Part shown: positions 29,978-38,011 of the stretch, piece after piece
How the letters are laid out: each line of letters starts with the position of its first letter
Position numbering within the stretch: position 1 is the stretch's first letter
Assembly (NCBI GenBank): GCA_964521215.1
Contig: CAZFRD010000002.1
Span: 10,798-74,797, forward strand
Reading direction: 5' to 3'
Source: an uncultured Pseudomonadales bacterium
GTDB lineage: Bacteria; Patescibacteriota; Microgenomatia; UBA1400; PJMF01
Length of the DNA stretch: 64,000 nt
Notes under the pieces: model-generated
Databases searched by the model: none
Told to the model about the DNA's origin: nothing
The model's input: the letters and a program-made list of their open reading frames with translations, nothing else
Translations under genes and position numbers: made by a program

Positions 29978-30556
29978 ATGAAATTTACACATAAAATAGC
30001 TCTAGCCTTACTATTTACTTCTATGATTCATATCATAACTTTGGCTCAGATTTTTTTTGTACCAACAGCGCAAGCCTGGGATGGATCAAAATGCAGTTAT
30101 GTAGACCAATGTGTGGAGAATTACCGGTGTAAATGCCTCGGCGCTTGTACTGGAACTATAATCTGGACAAAAGGAGATCCGTGTGGCTCTGCTGTCATCG
30201 GAGGCATCAGACCACCTAACGGCGTAAGTGATTACAACCTCATTGCTATGCTTGGTGGGAGTGGTGACAACATTGGCATCTTTGCCTTTATTTCCGTCGG
30301 TTTGCGCTTATTCACAATTCTTTGTGGGCTGTTTATGTTTTTCAACTTTTTGTGGGCGGGCTATTCACTAATCACCAGAGCGGGAGACAGTAAAGCCTAT
30401 GCCGATATTCGAGAACGCTTACAATACGCCATGATTGGTTTAGTAGTGGTAGTGGCTGCCTATATGCTGGCTGCCATGATTGGACTCATCTTCTTTGGTG
30501 ACGCCACCTTTATTTTAAATCCAGACATCACTCAATACGGAGCAATTGCTCCTTAG
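29978..30556 (+). CDS. VirB2/TrbC-like pilin paralog 5 (Cys-rich ectodomain)
   Basis: Signal peptide and a CxC-rich segment, then LWAGYSLITRAGDSKAYADIRERLQYAMIGLVVVVAAY. Confidence 0.55.
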   Translation: MKFTHKIALALLFTSMIHIITLAQIFFVPTAQAWDGSKCSYVDQCVENYRCKCLGACTGTIIWTKGDPCGSAVIGGIRPPNGVSDYNLIAMLGGSGDNIGIFAFISVGLRLFTILCGLFMFFNFLWAGYSLITRAGDSKAYADIRERLQYAMIGLVVVVAAYMLAAMIGLIFFGDATFILNPDITQYGAIAP

Positions 30557-31037
30557 GTTAATCAAGAAAATTATGTATAATAGTCAAAAGAAAATGAAAA
30601 AAAGATTTGCTTTAAGTTTTGTTGTCGGTTTTCTAGTCTTGTCTTTTTTTATCCCCTCAAGCGTTTTGGCCCAATTTGGCGAAGGCATTGTGCCACCATT
30701 TGCTGAAGATAATAAATACATAAAAAGCATTACCAATGATCCGCTCAATGCCGAAGACGCTTTCACCACTTTTGAATTAATTGTGTCCAACGTGCTTGCC
30801 TTACTCACTGTCTTGGGCTCGCTGGTCTTTATCACCTATTTTATGCTCGGCGCAATCACCTGGATTACTTCGGGCGGTGATACCGCCAAGGTGGGTAAAG
30901 CCAGAGACCAAATGCTTCAAGGAGTGCTTGGTCTGATTGTTTTAACATTAATGTATGCCTTAATTGGCCTAGTGGGGAGTATTGTTGGCATTGATATTCT
31001 CAACCCGGCCAAAGTATTAGAAACTTTAGTACCATGA
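30546..31037 (+). CDS. VirB2/TrbC-like pilin paralog 6
   Basis: 163 aa. Signal peptide, then MLGAITWITSGGDTAKVGKARDQMLQGVLGLIVL. Confidence 0.55.
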   Translation: MLLRLIKKIMYNSQKKMKKRFALSFVVGFLVLSFFIPSSVLAQFGEGIVPPFAEDNKYIKSITNDPLNAEDAFTTFELIVSNVLALLTVLGSLVFITYFMLGAITWITSGGDTAKVGKARDQMLQGVLGLIVLTLMYALIGLVGSIVGIDILNPAKVLETLVP

Positions 31038-31393
31038 AAATCATTGAGTCCGCTCAAGCCGCTATTACTAACCCAGCCGTCGGCAATCTAGGTAACGATG
31101 CGGAAAAAGCTGCTGATGGTTCCTTGTTTCTTTCTCAACTTGTGCGCTATTGGAATAACATTATTAGTGTTGGCGCCCTGCTCTTATTACTTTACTTTAT
31201 TTGGGGCGCCCTAGTCTGGATCACCGCCAGTGGCGACAAAACCAAATTGGAAACGGCTCGCAACCGAATGTTGCAAGCCGCCATCGGCATGCTGATCCTC
31301 GTATCGTCATTTGTTATTATTGGCTTTGCGGGCAATTTGCTCTTTGGCGATGAATTTCAACTGCTTAATTTTAAGTTTTATACACCAGAATAA
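31034..31393 (+). CDS. VirB2/TrbC-like pilin paralog 7 (minimal, 119 aa)
   Basis: Core module IWGALVWITASGDKTKLETARNRMLQAAIGMLILV. Confidence 0.55.
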   Translation: MKIIESAQAAITNPAVGNLGNDAEKAADGSLFLSQLVRYWNNIISVGALLLLLYFIWGALVWITASGDKTKLETARNRMLQAAIGMLILVSSFVIIGFAGNLLFGDEFQLLNFKFYTPE

Positions 31394-31400
31394 CTTAATC

Positions 31401-31889
31401 ATGAAAATTTTTAAATTAAATCTAAGTAAGATGCTACAAATTATACTTTTTGTGTTTCTAATGCTTGTTATCAGCAATCAAGTAAGTTTTGCAGCCACAC
31501 CTCAACCCACAAACAGTAGCATCCAATTTAATATTGCGAAAGAAGCATATGATCAACAACTACCCACGGCCAATAGCTTTAATCCCAGCTCCAATGCTTT
31601 TAAGCAATTATTTGCGAATCTAATTGGCTCGATTTTATCTGTTGTGATTACTATCGGTGTCCTGATGTTGTTGCTCTACCTAGTCTGGGGCGCTTTTTCC
31701 TGGATCACGTCCGGAGGTGATAAAGGTAAAGTCGAGGAAGCCCGCAACCGCATGACCACCGCCGTGATTGGCATTATTGTACTCAGTTCCAGTATTGCCA
31801 TCTTTATGCTCGTGCAACAAATACTAGGTATCTGCGTGCTAGACTTTTGGGGCACAGCCTGCAGGACTCCAGCTGTTCCGGGTCCTTAA
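31401..31889 (+). CDS. VirB2/TrbC-like pilin paralog 8
   Basis: The start was moved to the internal ATG at 31401 (MKIFKLNL..., signal peptide) because the track ORF at 31311 overlaps the previous gene. Module VWGAFSWITSGGDKGKVEEARNRMTTAVIGIIVL. Confidence 0.55.
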   Translation: MKIFKLNLSKMLQIILFVFLMLVISNQVSFAATPQPTNSSIQFNIAKEAYDQQLPTANSFNPSSNAFKQLFANLIGSILSVVITIGVLMLLLYLVWGAFSWITSGGDKGKVEEARNRMTTAVIGIIVLSSSIAIFMLVQQILGICVLDFWGTACRTPAVPGP

Positions 31890-31899
31890 AAAGTCATTA

Positions 31900-31912
31900 T
31901 CTGGTATAATAC
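31900..31912 (+). promoter_or_regulatory. Extended -10 promoter element (TGGTATAAT) upstream of pilin paralog 9
   Basis: ctgGTATAATacc lies about 70 nt upstream of the ATG at 31982. An AAGGGA SD-like element lies 8 nt before the start codon. Confidence 0.4.
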
Positions 31913-31981
31913 CACTAGCATCTTTACAAATAAGTAAATATCGCGTTATAGTAGTAAAAGTACTTAACCAAAGGGATATAT

Positions 31982-32389
31982 ATGAAAAACACCTTGACCA
32001 AGATTGTTGCCGGCGCTGGCTCAGCGGGCACCGCTTTATTTTTGATGGCTTCCAATGCTATGGCTGCCGTATCAATTGGCACCGTTAACACTCCAGAAGG
32101 TGGCTATGCTTCAAACCTTGGTGGCGTTATTAATAGCTTGCTCACCATCGTTATGGCATTAGCTGCTCTAGCTGTGTTTATTTATCTCATCTGGGGTGCT
32201 TTTGAATGGATTACTTCCGGAGGTGATAAAGGTAAAACCGAATCAGCTCGCAATAAGATTACGGCAGCTGTAATTGGCTTAATTGTGCTCGCCGCTTCCT
32301 ATGCCATCTTAATGTTGCTCCTGCAGATTTTAGGATTCACTAGTTTAGAGGGTGCTTTTACTCAAATCAAACCTCTTAACTCCAAATAA
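31982..32389 (+). CDS. VirB2/TrbC-like pilin paralog 9
   Basis: 135 aa. Signal peptide, then IWGAFEWITSGGDKGKTESARNKITAAVIGLIVL. Confidence 0.55.
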   Translation: MKNTLTKIVAGAGSAGTALFLMASNAMAAVSIGTVNTPEGGYASNLGGVINSLLTIVMALAALAVFIYLIWGAFEWITSGGDKGKTESARNKITAAVIGLIVLAASYAILMLLLQILGFTSLEGAFTQIKPLNSK

Positions 32390-32412
32390 ATACTATCAAG
32401 ATAGTAATTTTA

Positions 32413-32439
32413 ACAGCCCGGCGGATGCCGGGCTGTTTT
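32413..32439 (+). terminator. Rho-independent terminator after pilin paralog 9
   Basis: A 9-bp GC-rich stem (CAGCCCGGC), GGAT loop and complementary arm (GCCGGGCTG), followed by TTTTG. Confidence 0.7.
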
Positions 32440-32441
32440 GT

Positions 32442-32489
32442 AGTAGTACCAATGTCTGCTTCGACAAGCTCAGCCTGACATTGGTACTA
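32442..32489. repeat. Long hairpin (14-bp perfect stem, 20-nt loop)
   Basis: GTAGTACCAATGTC ... GACATTGGTACTAC, located immediately after the terminator. Confidence 0.6.
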
Positions 32490-32495
32490 CACTAG

Positions 32496-32645
32496 TGTCA
32501 CCCCGAGCCTGTCGAGGGGTGTCATACTGAGCCCGTCGAAGCATGTCACACTGAGCCCGTCGAAGTGTGAGCCCGTCGAAGCATGTCACTCTGAGCCTGA
32601 CGAAGAGTGTCACTCTGAGGGGTGTCACTCTGAGCCTGTCGAAGA
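32496..32645. repeat. Imperfect tandem direct repeats, about 24-nt unit (TGTCACNCTGAGCCYGTCGAAGNN), about 6 copies
   Basis: Visible as gtcaccccgagcctgtcgagggg / tgtcatactgagcccgtcgaagca / tgtcacactgagcccgtcgaagtg / (tgagcccgtcgaagca) / tgtcactctgagcctgacgaagag / (tgtcactctgagggg) / tgtcactctgagcctgtcgaagag. The array sits between pilin paralogs 9 and 10 and runs into the start of paralog 10. Confidence 0.7.
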
Positions 32646-33107
32646 GTGACCCCACCATGTAGTATACTTACCAGTATCATGAATTCGCTCAGGCATCGTT
32701 TCGTCATCCCGCCGTTACTCATCACGTTTTTGATTTTCAGCTTAATTCTTCCCCCTCAGGCCCAAGCCCAAACCGTCGAATGGTCTGGCGTTTGCATGGC
32801 TGGCTCGTCTGGCGGGGTCCCCACTATTCAGGGTCTTGAGTGCTTAATCGCCAATGTCTTTACCGTTATTATTACCCTTATCGGTCTGGGTGGGTTTGTG
32901 ATGTTTATCATCGGTGCATTCTTATGGATGACCGCCGGTTCTAACCCCAAAAACATCGATTCAGCCAAAAAAACTTTCACCTACGCCGTGCTCGGTATGG
33001 TCTTAGCTCTCAGCGCCTTTATTATCATTAACTTGATTGCCGATTTTACCGGCGTGAGTGTAATTAAGACTTTTAGAATTCCAACTTCTTCAACAGACTG
33101 GAATTAA
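32646..33107 (+). CDS. VirB2/TrbC-like pilin paralog 10 (GTG start)
   Basis: Signal peptide ...PPQAQAQ and 2 Cys, then IGAFLWMTAGSNPKNIDSAKKTFTYAVLGMVLAL. Confidence 0.5.
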   Translation: MTPPCSILTSIMNSLRHRFVIPPLLITFLIFSLILPPQAQAQTVEWSGVCMAGSSGGVPTIQGLECLIANVFTVIITLIGLGGFVMFIIGAFLWMTAGSNPKNIDSAKKTFTYAVLGMVLALSAFIIINLIADFTGVSVIKTFRIPTSSTDWN

Positions 33108-33142
33108 TCAGGAAAACCCCAACCAAGCTGAGTAAAAGGCTA

Positions 33143-33148
33143 TATAAT
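33143..33148 (+). promoter_or_regulatory. -10 hexamer TATAAT 7 nt upstream of the ATG at 33156 (predicted leaderless or very short leader)
   Basis: ggcTATATAATagaaccaATG. There is no SD between the -10 element and the start codon. Confidence 0.4.
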
Positions 33149-33155
33149 AGAACCA

Positions 33156-36100
33156 ATGTCTCGCCTACGCTCGATTAGCTTGGTTATGTTGGTGCTGTTA
33201 AATTTTTTCATTTTTTTTCTTAACCCTCAGTCCGCTAAAGCAGCTGAAAATAAATGTGGCGTCAATGTCGGACCATACTACAATCAAGTTTCTCAAGTTA
33301 AGTCGCTGACAAAAAATGGTGGCTGGATCGTAGTACTTGGATCACTAGGTCAGTGTGCAGATTATAGTTCTGTTTTTGGGCAGGGCTTAAACGTGGTACT
33401 TCGTGCCTATAACGAAGGTAAGCTGTTTGATGAACCTCAGGCAGATGCTTGGGTTGCTACCCTCCATCAACTCGATACCAAGGGACAAAAAGTGTATTTT
33501 ATGCCTTGGAATGAACCAAATCATGACAATGAAGGTGGTAACAGCACTGCCGGTGCAACGGTAAAAAGATATACCGATTACTTAACAGCACAACTTCGAG
33601 CAGCAGGTCTGCTTGGGACTAAAGTAGAAATACTTTCACCCATGGTTGATAAATTAAATCCCTCATTTGGTGGTCAATTTTTTACTAACCCCGGAGGTAT
33701 CTCAGGTTTTTATAATGGATTTATTGGCAGTTCAATCAATGAATACGACCATGCAAATGGAGATACTTCATACAGCAGTGCTTGCACTGCCGCACCACCA
33801 GCAAATAACTGTATGTATGATACCTTGGGCATTCCTCCACCATTCTATGCACTAGAAGCAGGTGTTGCTGGAACTGGGGAACCTCCTTTATACAGAGACA
33901 ATCAAATTGCTCTAATGTTAAACACCTCATGGTCACGCAAATGGCAAACCGATACTAATTTTGAAATGTTTGCAGTATTTTCCTACGATCCACATAGATC
34001 AGGTGATTGGGATATATACACTGCCCCTCAAACCAAAACTTTTTATTCTAATTCTTGCACTGTGGGCTCTGTGCAGAGCAGCACTTCGGTTGATGAAAAT
34101 AAGTTTACAAATTGGTATAACCCAAAGCAGAGTCAGTTAGTTGCTTGCGCCAGTGGTTGCGGTTTTGCTCCCAGTTCTCACCCGGAGCTCTGTAATGCAG
34201 CAGGAAAAAATGAGAACAATTTCGAGGGCTATGATACATCTCTTTACGACGACTACGACACTGTGCAAGATCAATTTTATATTCACCCCATCAAAGGACT
34301 CAATCGAGCTCAAGATGGAAGTCAGGGTGCGTTTGACGCCAATCTCAAAACTATCCGTGACGATTTGATCACTCAGGGATATGAGTCACGTTGCGCCACT
34401 CCGGGTTTCAACATAGAACTAACCCAAGATGGTAAAGACTGGATGGCAGATTACGTGGAACAAAACCCTCCGGGCGCTGTCTTTGGTGGACATGAAAATT
34501 ACATAATTCGTACCAGAGTGGCCGGCGATCCACCGGGAATCGGTGATTACGTTCGTTCCTGGTTGGCAGTGGATTATCGTGAGGTACAAACACCAGTTTT
34601 TCGGGATGTTTCGGACAAGCGCTTTTTGATGACTTCGCTGGAAGAATTTTTTGGCTTCAAAGACACAGTCGTCCAAGAACAATCACCAGCCGAACTCAAC
34701 TCCGCCGCAATCAACTCTCTGCTGACTAACCAACAGCGTTGCGAAGCCTCGGTCAGAATTTTGCTCAGACAAGAAGAAATGTGTAATAAGTTGGCCGACC
34801 CCAATGCTTGTGCTCTCTACTCTCGGCCCGTTCCGCAAACCAATTTCACCATCAAAACCATGTTGGAAGCTTATAAAGCTTTGGTAGCTGCGCCTCCCTC
34901 CACCATCAAACCCAATCCTTTGCCCCCCTACACCGATCCTGCCACCATTAAAGCCATTTGCTCTGAACTAGTTGGGTCAGATTGGAACGAAACAGCTAGA
35001 GAAGGCTTGCTTTACACCCCGCTCACTATTGATCGTGCCTACCGACTAGCTTTCTTAGTGACCACCATCGAGGTGTTCCATGCGACTTATAAAAGTATGT
35101 TTAATCTTTACATCCATCCCAATGAGGGACCAGCAGAAGATGGTCCAAGTAAACCAGACGATGCCGTGTTAGTAAATGCTTTTAAAGTTCCTGATATTCT
35201 CACTACCACGCAGTTGGAAAGTGCTGGCTCGGGTGGAAGTGGCAACACAGCCTGGACGGATTCGAGTAAGCTGACGCGTAACTCGCTGCTAACCAAGAAA
35301 AACCAGGATGTGCTGACAAAGACTGTTAATGCAAAAGTTGCCGAACTAAAAAAAGCAGCCGAACATTATGATACGAACAAGCAAGAGTCTGGAGCAGACG
35401 AAATTTACTGTTTGGAGGGTGTTTCTAATCGAGGCATTGGCCCCCCCGAATGCAAGGATGAATTAGGCAAAGCTGTAATTGACATTATCAATGCTCAAGC
35501 AAGCAATCGCGTTACCACCAAGTATGATAATCAAATCGATGCTGAGTGTCCTGAACTAATCAAGGAGCCAGCCAGTAGTATTCTGGATTTCGGTTCATTC
35601 GGGACGGTTGAGACAATCAAAAACCCACCAGCCGAACTACTTTATACTCAAGAATTTGGTGCCAAACTTTTGCATAATATCTTCGAGGTTCCCGAAAAAA
35701 ATCAGGATCCTGCGGGATTACTTGACAGCTCTCATCAAATAGAGCCCAAGGGCGACAGTCACCCTTCTTTTGCCGAAACCTGGAAACCGGGAGATCCGCG
35801 TGCAGAGACTAATGATATAGCCCCAGGTGAACCAAATAGCGAGTGGGGACTCAAATCGCTGTTCCATGTCACAGATAGAACATATCCCAAATTTCCCTAC
35901 AACGCCTGTTGTGACGTGAGCGAAGTGAAACACTTTTTGGTCTATCCCATGGGCTATGACATGCAAAAAGTTCAGGAGGTTTTGGCTGGTACATTTTTTA
36001 CTACCGAACAAATCGCCAGTTTAACCACAGCAGCAGAAGAGTTTGACCGGATTCAACTAAGTGGGGATCAAATAGATTTCACTGGGGGAACTAGAGAGCA

Positions 36101-36980
36101 CACTTTTGCCGATATCGTGAAAGGTGAACCAATTAGTGGCAATAAACTCAACTGGCCTGATGGTGTTGATTTTATCTCGGTCAATGATCCAGTCAAAGAT
36201 TCGGTATTTGAAATTGATCGTTGTCAAAAAGTCTATGAAACTATTTGTGATGACATCGACCCTATCACTGGAGTGAGAACAAATTGTCATATCGAACACG
36301 TGGGGTGGGAACTACCCTGTGACAGAACTTTTGGTTGGGCTATCAAACAAAAAGGCTCGGCTCTGACAGCCGGATTACTTGGGGGACGATTTGGCTTTTG
36401 GTTACGCGAAATTCAAAAGGGGCTCAATACCAAAGCTGGCACCGCTCGCGAATATCTTGATACCTGCAAAACAGTGGAACAATTCCTCACTGGCCATTGT
36501 GGGCAACCAGTTGACCCCGTCCCCACGCCCGACCCACCCGATCCCAACTGTACAGAACTGAGTTGTACCCCACCCACGCCAGTGCCACCCACAGCTACGC
36601 CAATCCCTCCAATGCCGACTGGTAGTGGAGGTTGCACCGATCCGACTCAAGATGCACTTATTTTTGAAACATATGTAAATGAAAACCGAGAATGGAAAGT
36701 AAAATTAACTTGCCCAAGTTGTACTGGAGGTTGGGGAGATATTGCAACTAATATCACTCTACCAACTGGAGAATCTTGGAATTGGGCGGGAAATTATCTT
36801 CCAGTAGGTGGCTATCTAGAGCTACCATGCGGAGGTGACCCCCCCTGTGTTGGACACGGTAGCAAAGTACCAGATGACTTTCATGGCCAATGGTGTGTTA
36901 GTGCAGTTGTTACCAGCAGACCAGCGGGCAATCAGTGTCAAGGCACCCTTTACTTCTATGCATGCACAACAGTGCCGTAG
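33156..36980 (+). CDS. Large secreted Cys-rich protein (1274 aa) with possible GH-A-clan-like N-terminal domain and C-terminal Pro/Thr-rich region; candidate adhesin or enzyme
   Basis: N-terminal signal peptide (LNPQSAKA|AE). YFMPWNEPNHDNEGG resembles the GH5/GH-A 'NEP' acid/base motif, which is weak evidence. The protein has more than 40 Cys. The linker PVDPVPTPDPPDPNC..PPTPVPPTATPIPPMP lies near the C-terminus. There is no LPXTG motif and no TM segment after the signal peptide. Confidence 0.45.
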   Translation: MSRLRSISLVMLVLLNFFIFFLNPQSAKAAENKCGVNVGPYYNQVSQVKSLTKNGGWIVVLGSLGQCADYSSVFGQGLNVVLRAYNEGKLFDEPQADAWVATLHQLDTKGQKVYFMPWNEPNHDNEGGNSTAGATVKRYTDYLTAQLRAAGLLGTKVEILSPMVDKLNPSFGGQFFTNPGGISGFYNGFIGSSINEYDHANGDTSYSSACTAAPPANNCMYDTLGIPPPFYALEAGVAGTGEPPLYRDNQIALMLNTSWSRKWQTDTNFEMFAVFSYDPHRSGDWDIYTAPQTKTFYSNSCTVGSVQSSTSVDENKFTNWYNPKQSQLVACASGCGFAPSSHPELCNAAGKNENNFEGYDTSLYDDYDTVQDQFYIHPIKGLNRAQDGSQGAFDANLKTIRDDLITQGYESRCATPGFNIELTQDGKDWMADYVEQNPPGAVFGGHENYIIRTRVAGDPPGIGDYVRSWLAVDYREVQTPVFRDVSDKRFLMTSLEEFFGFKDTVVQEQSPAELNSAAINSLLTNQQRCEASVRILLRQEEMCNKLADPNACALYSRPVPQTNFTIKTMLEAYKALVAAPPSTIKPNPLPPYTDPATIKAICSELVGSDWNETAREGLLYTPLTIDRAYRLAFLVTTIEVFHATYKSMFNLYIHPNEGPAEDGPSKPDDAVLVNAFKVPDILTTTQLESAGSGGSGNTAWTDSSKLTRNSLLTKKNQDVLTKTVNAKVAELKKAAEHYDTNKQESGADEIYCLEGVSNRGIGPPECKDELGKAVIDIINAQASNRVTTKYDNQIDAECPELIKEPASSILDFGSFGTVETIKNPPAELLYTQEFGAKLLHNIFEVPEKNQDPAGLLDSSHQIEPKGDSHPSFAETWKPGDPRAETNDIAPGEPNSEWGLKSLFHVTDRTYPKFPYNACCDVSEVKHFLVYPMGYDMQKVQEVLAGTFFTTEQIASLTTAAEEFDRIQLSGDQIDFTGGTREHTFADIVKGEPISGNKLNWPDGVDFISVNDPVKDSVFEIDRCQKVYETICDDIDPITGVRTNCHIEHVGWELPCDRTFGWAIKQKGSALTAGLLGGRFGFWLREIQKGLNTKAGTAREYLDTCKTVEQFLTGHCGQPVDPVPTPDPPDPNCTELSCTPPTPVPPTATPIPPMPTGSGGCTDPTQDALIFETYVNENREWKVKLTCPSCTGGWGDIATNITLPTGESWNWAGNYLPVGGYLELPCGGDPPCVGHGSKVPDDFHGQWCVSAVVTSRPAGNQCQGTLYFYACTTVP

Positions 36981-37013
36981 TTGACTTTGGCATCTCAACC
37001 TTTTTAAAAATCG

Positions 37014-37874
37014 CTATTTCCTCGAAACCGACACCGTCATTTCCTCCGGTCTTTTTGCTTTTTTGGGTTTCTCCGCTTCAACTTCTTTGATTTTGGCAAT
37101 CTTTCTCACCTCAGTCTTGACCGGATTGGACATAACTTCGCGCACTGGCACCCAAGTACGCTCGCCTCCGGCTCGCATCAGCTCTGCCACCACGCCAAAA
37201 GTCTCCGCCGTCAAGGTGCCATAATGCAAGCCTCTAGTTTTATCCTCAAGACCCAACAACAGATTGGTGGCCACTGGGGCAGAAACCGCCAGTTGCGCTT
37301 GCTTCAGCAATTCTGCCACCAGTTCGGACAAAGAACTCAGCCCCATGCTCGTCAACTGCAAAGTGCCAAAACTAGTTTCATACTCGTGCAAACTAATTAC
37401 TGAACTATTGGTATAAATATCCTCATAGCCCAAATAGATACTGCCCAAGCTTTCCAGATCTGATACTCCCACGGTGATAATCAAGTCGGGCTCTGCCCCA
37501 CTGTAGGAAAACTCAACTAACTTAGAATCTAATGGTTCGGCCCCTTTTTTGGGTTTAATCGTTAAATAAAACTTCCCCGTTTCCTCTCCAATGTGGTAAC
37601 TAATTTTATCCACTTTTTCTTCGCTGTAATCAAAACTGACCAACAAATTTTGGTGACCAAAAGTAGTGGCAACTTGATCTATCCCAACAAGATGAGGGTT
37701 AGACTTAGGCAGTTCGGGAGAAAACAAACGCACCGATTTGCCCGCTTCTTGGAGGGCCACAAACAAACTAGTGGCTGCAGCCACAATATCCAGGTCTGTT
37801 GAATTTTCAAAAACCACCGCTATGTCCTGAGCTTGCTGAACTATCTCGGAAAATTTTGTGGCGTTTTCCACCAT
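37014..37874 (-). CDS. Hypothetical cytoplasmic protein (possibly degenerate DHH/DHHA1-like fold)
   Basis: 286 aa, the only reverse-strand gene between the secreted giant and the VirB6-like gene. It shows loose resemblance to NrnA-type phosphoesterases, but the DHH motif is absent. Confidence 0.3.
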   Translation of the reverse strand: MVENATKFSEIVQQAQDIAVVFENSTDLDIVAAATSLFVALQEAGKSVRLFSPELPKSNPHLVGIDQVATTFGHQNLLVSFDYSEEKVDKISYHIGEETGKFYLTIKPKKGAEPLDSKLVEFSYSGAEPDLIITVGVSDLESLGSIYLGYEDIYTNSSVISLHEYETSFGTLQLTSMGLSSLSELVAELLKQAQLAVSAPVATNLLLGLEDKTRGLHYGTLTAETFGVVAELMRAGGERTWVPVREVMSNPVKTEVRKIAKIKEVEAEKPKKAKRPEEMTVSVSRK

Positions 37875-37995
37875 ATCACTCCTTTTTCAAATGAACATTA
37901 ATATGCTAGGGCAGGGAAACAACCTCATCATATCACCATCTCTGACTATCAAACAAGCACAAATTCACTCGATTGCTCATCCGAAGATTAATCTA

Positions 37996-38001
37996 TATAA
38001 T
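37996..38001 (+). promoter_or_regulatory. -10 hexamer TATAAT 10 nt upstream of the ATG at 38012
   Basis: atcTATATAATagacaccgctATG. Confidence 0.4.
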
Positions 38002-38011
38002 AGACACCGCT

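Noticed and set aside
31311-31400. N-terminal 30 codons of track ORF 31311-31889
   Set aside because: They overlap the preceding pilin gene. The internal ATG at 31401 begins a typical signal peptide directly after the upstream stop.
32496-32645. Possible CRISPR array, considered because of the regular ~24-nt direct repeats
   Set aside because: The repeats are contiguous with no unique spacers. They are imperfect and only about 150 nt in total, and no cas genes are nearby. They are better described as a tandem minisatellite-like repeat.
27058-33107. Pilin paralogs as type IVa/Tad (class III signal peptide) pilins, or as a diversity-generating-retroelement target
   Set aside because: The N-termini are ordinary Sec-type signal peptides (AxA cleavage sites) and lack the G/FTLIE prepilin motif. 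The conserved part is a C-terminal two-helix hairpin, which is VirB2/TrbC-like. No reverse transcriptase or template repeat was seen nearby.
36981-37013. Bidirectional terminator between the convergent secreted-giant and 37014-37874 genes
   Set aside because: There is only a 5-bp stem (GTTGA/TCAAC) with a 10-nt loop followed by CTTTTTAAAAA. That is too weak to call confidently.
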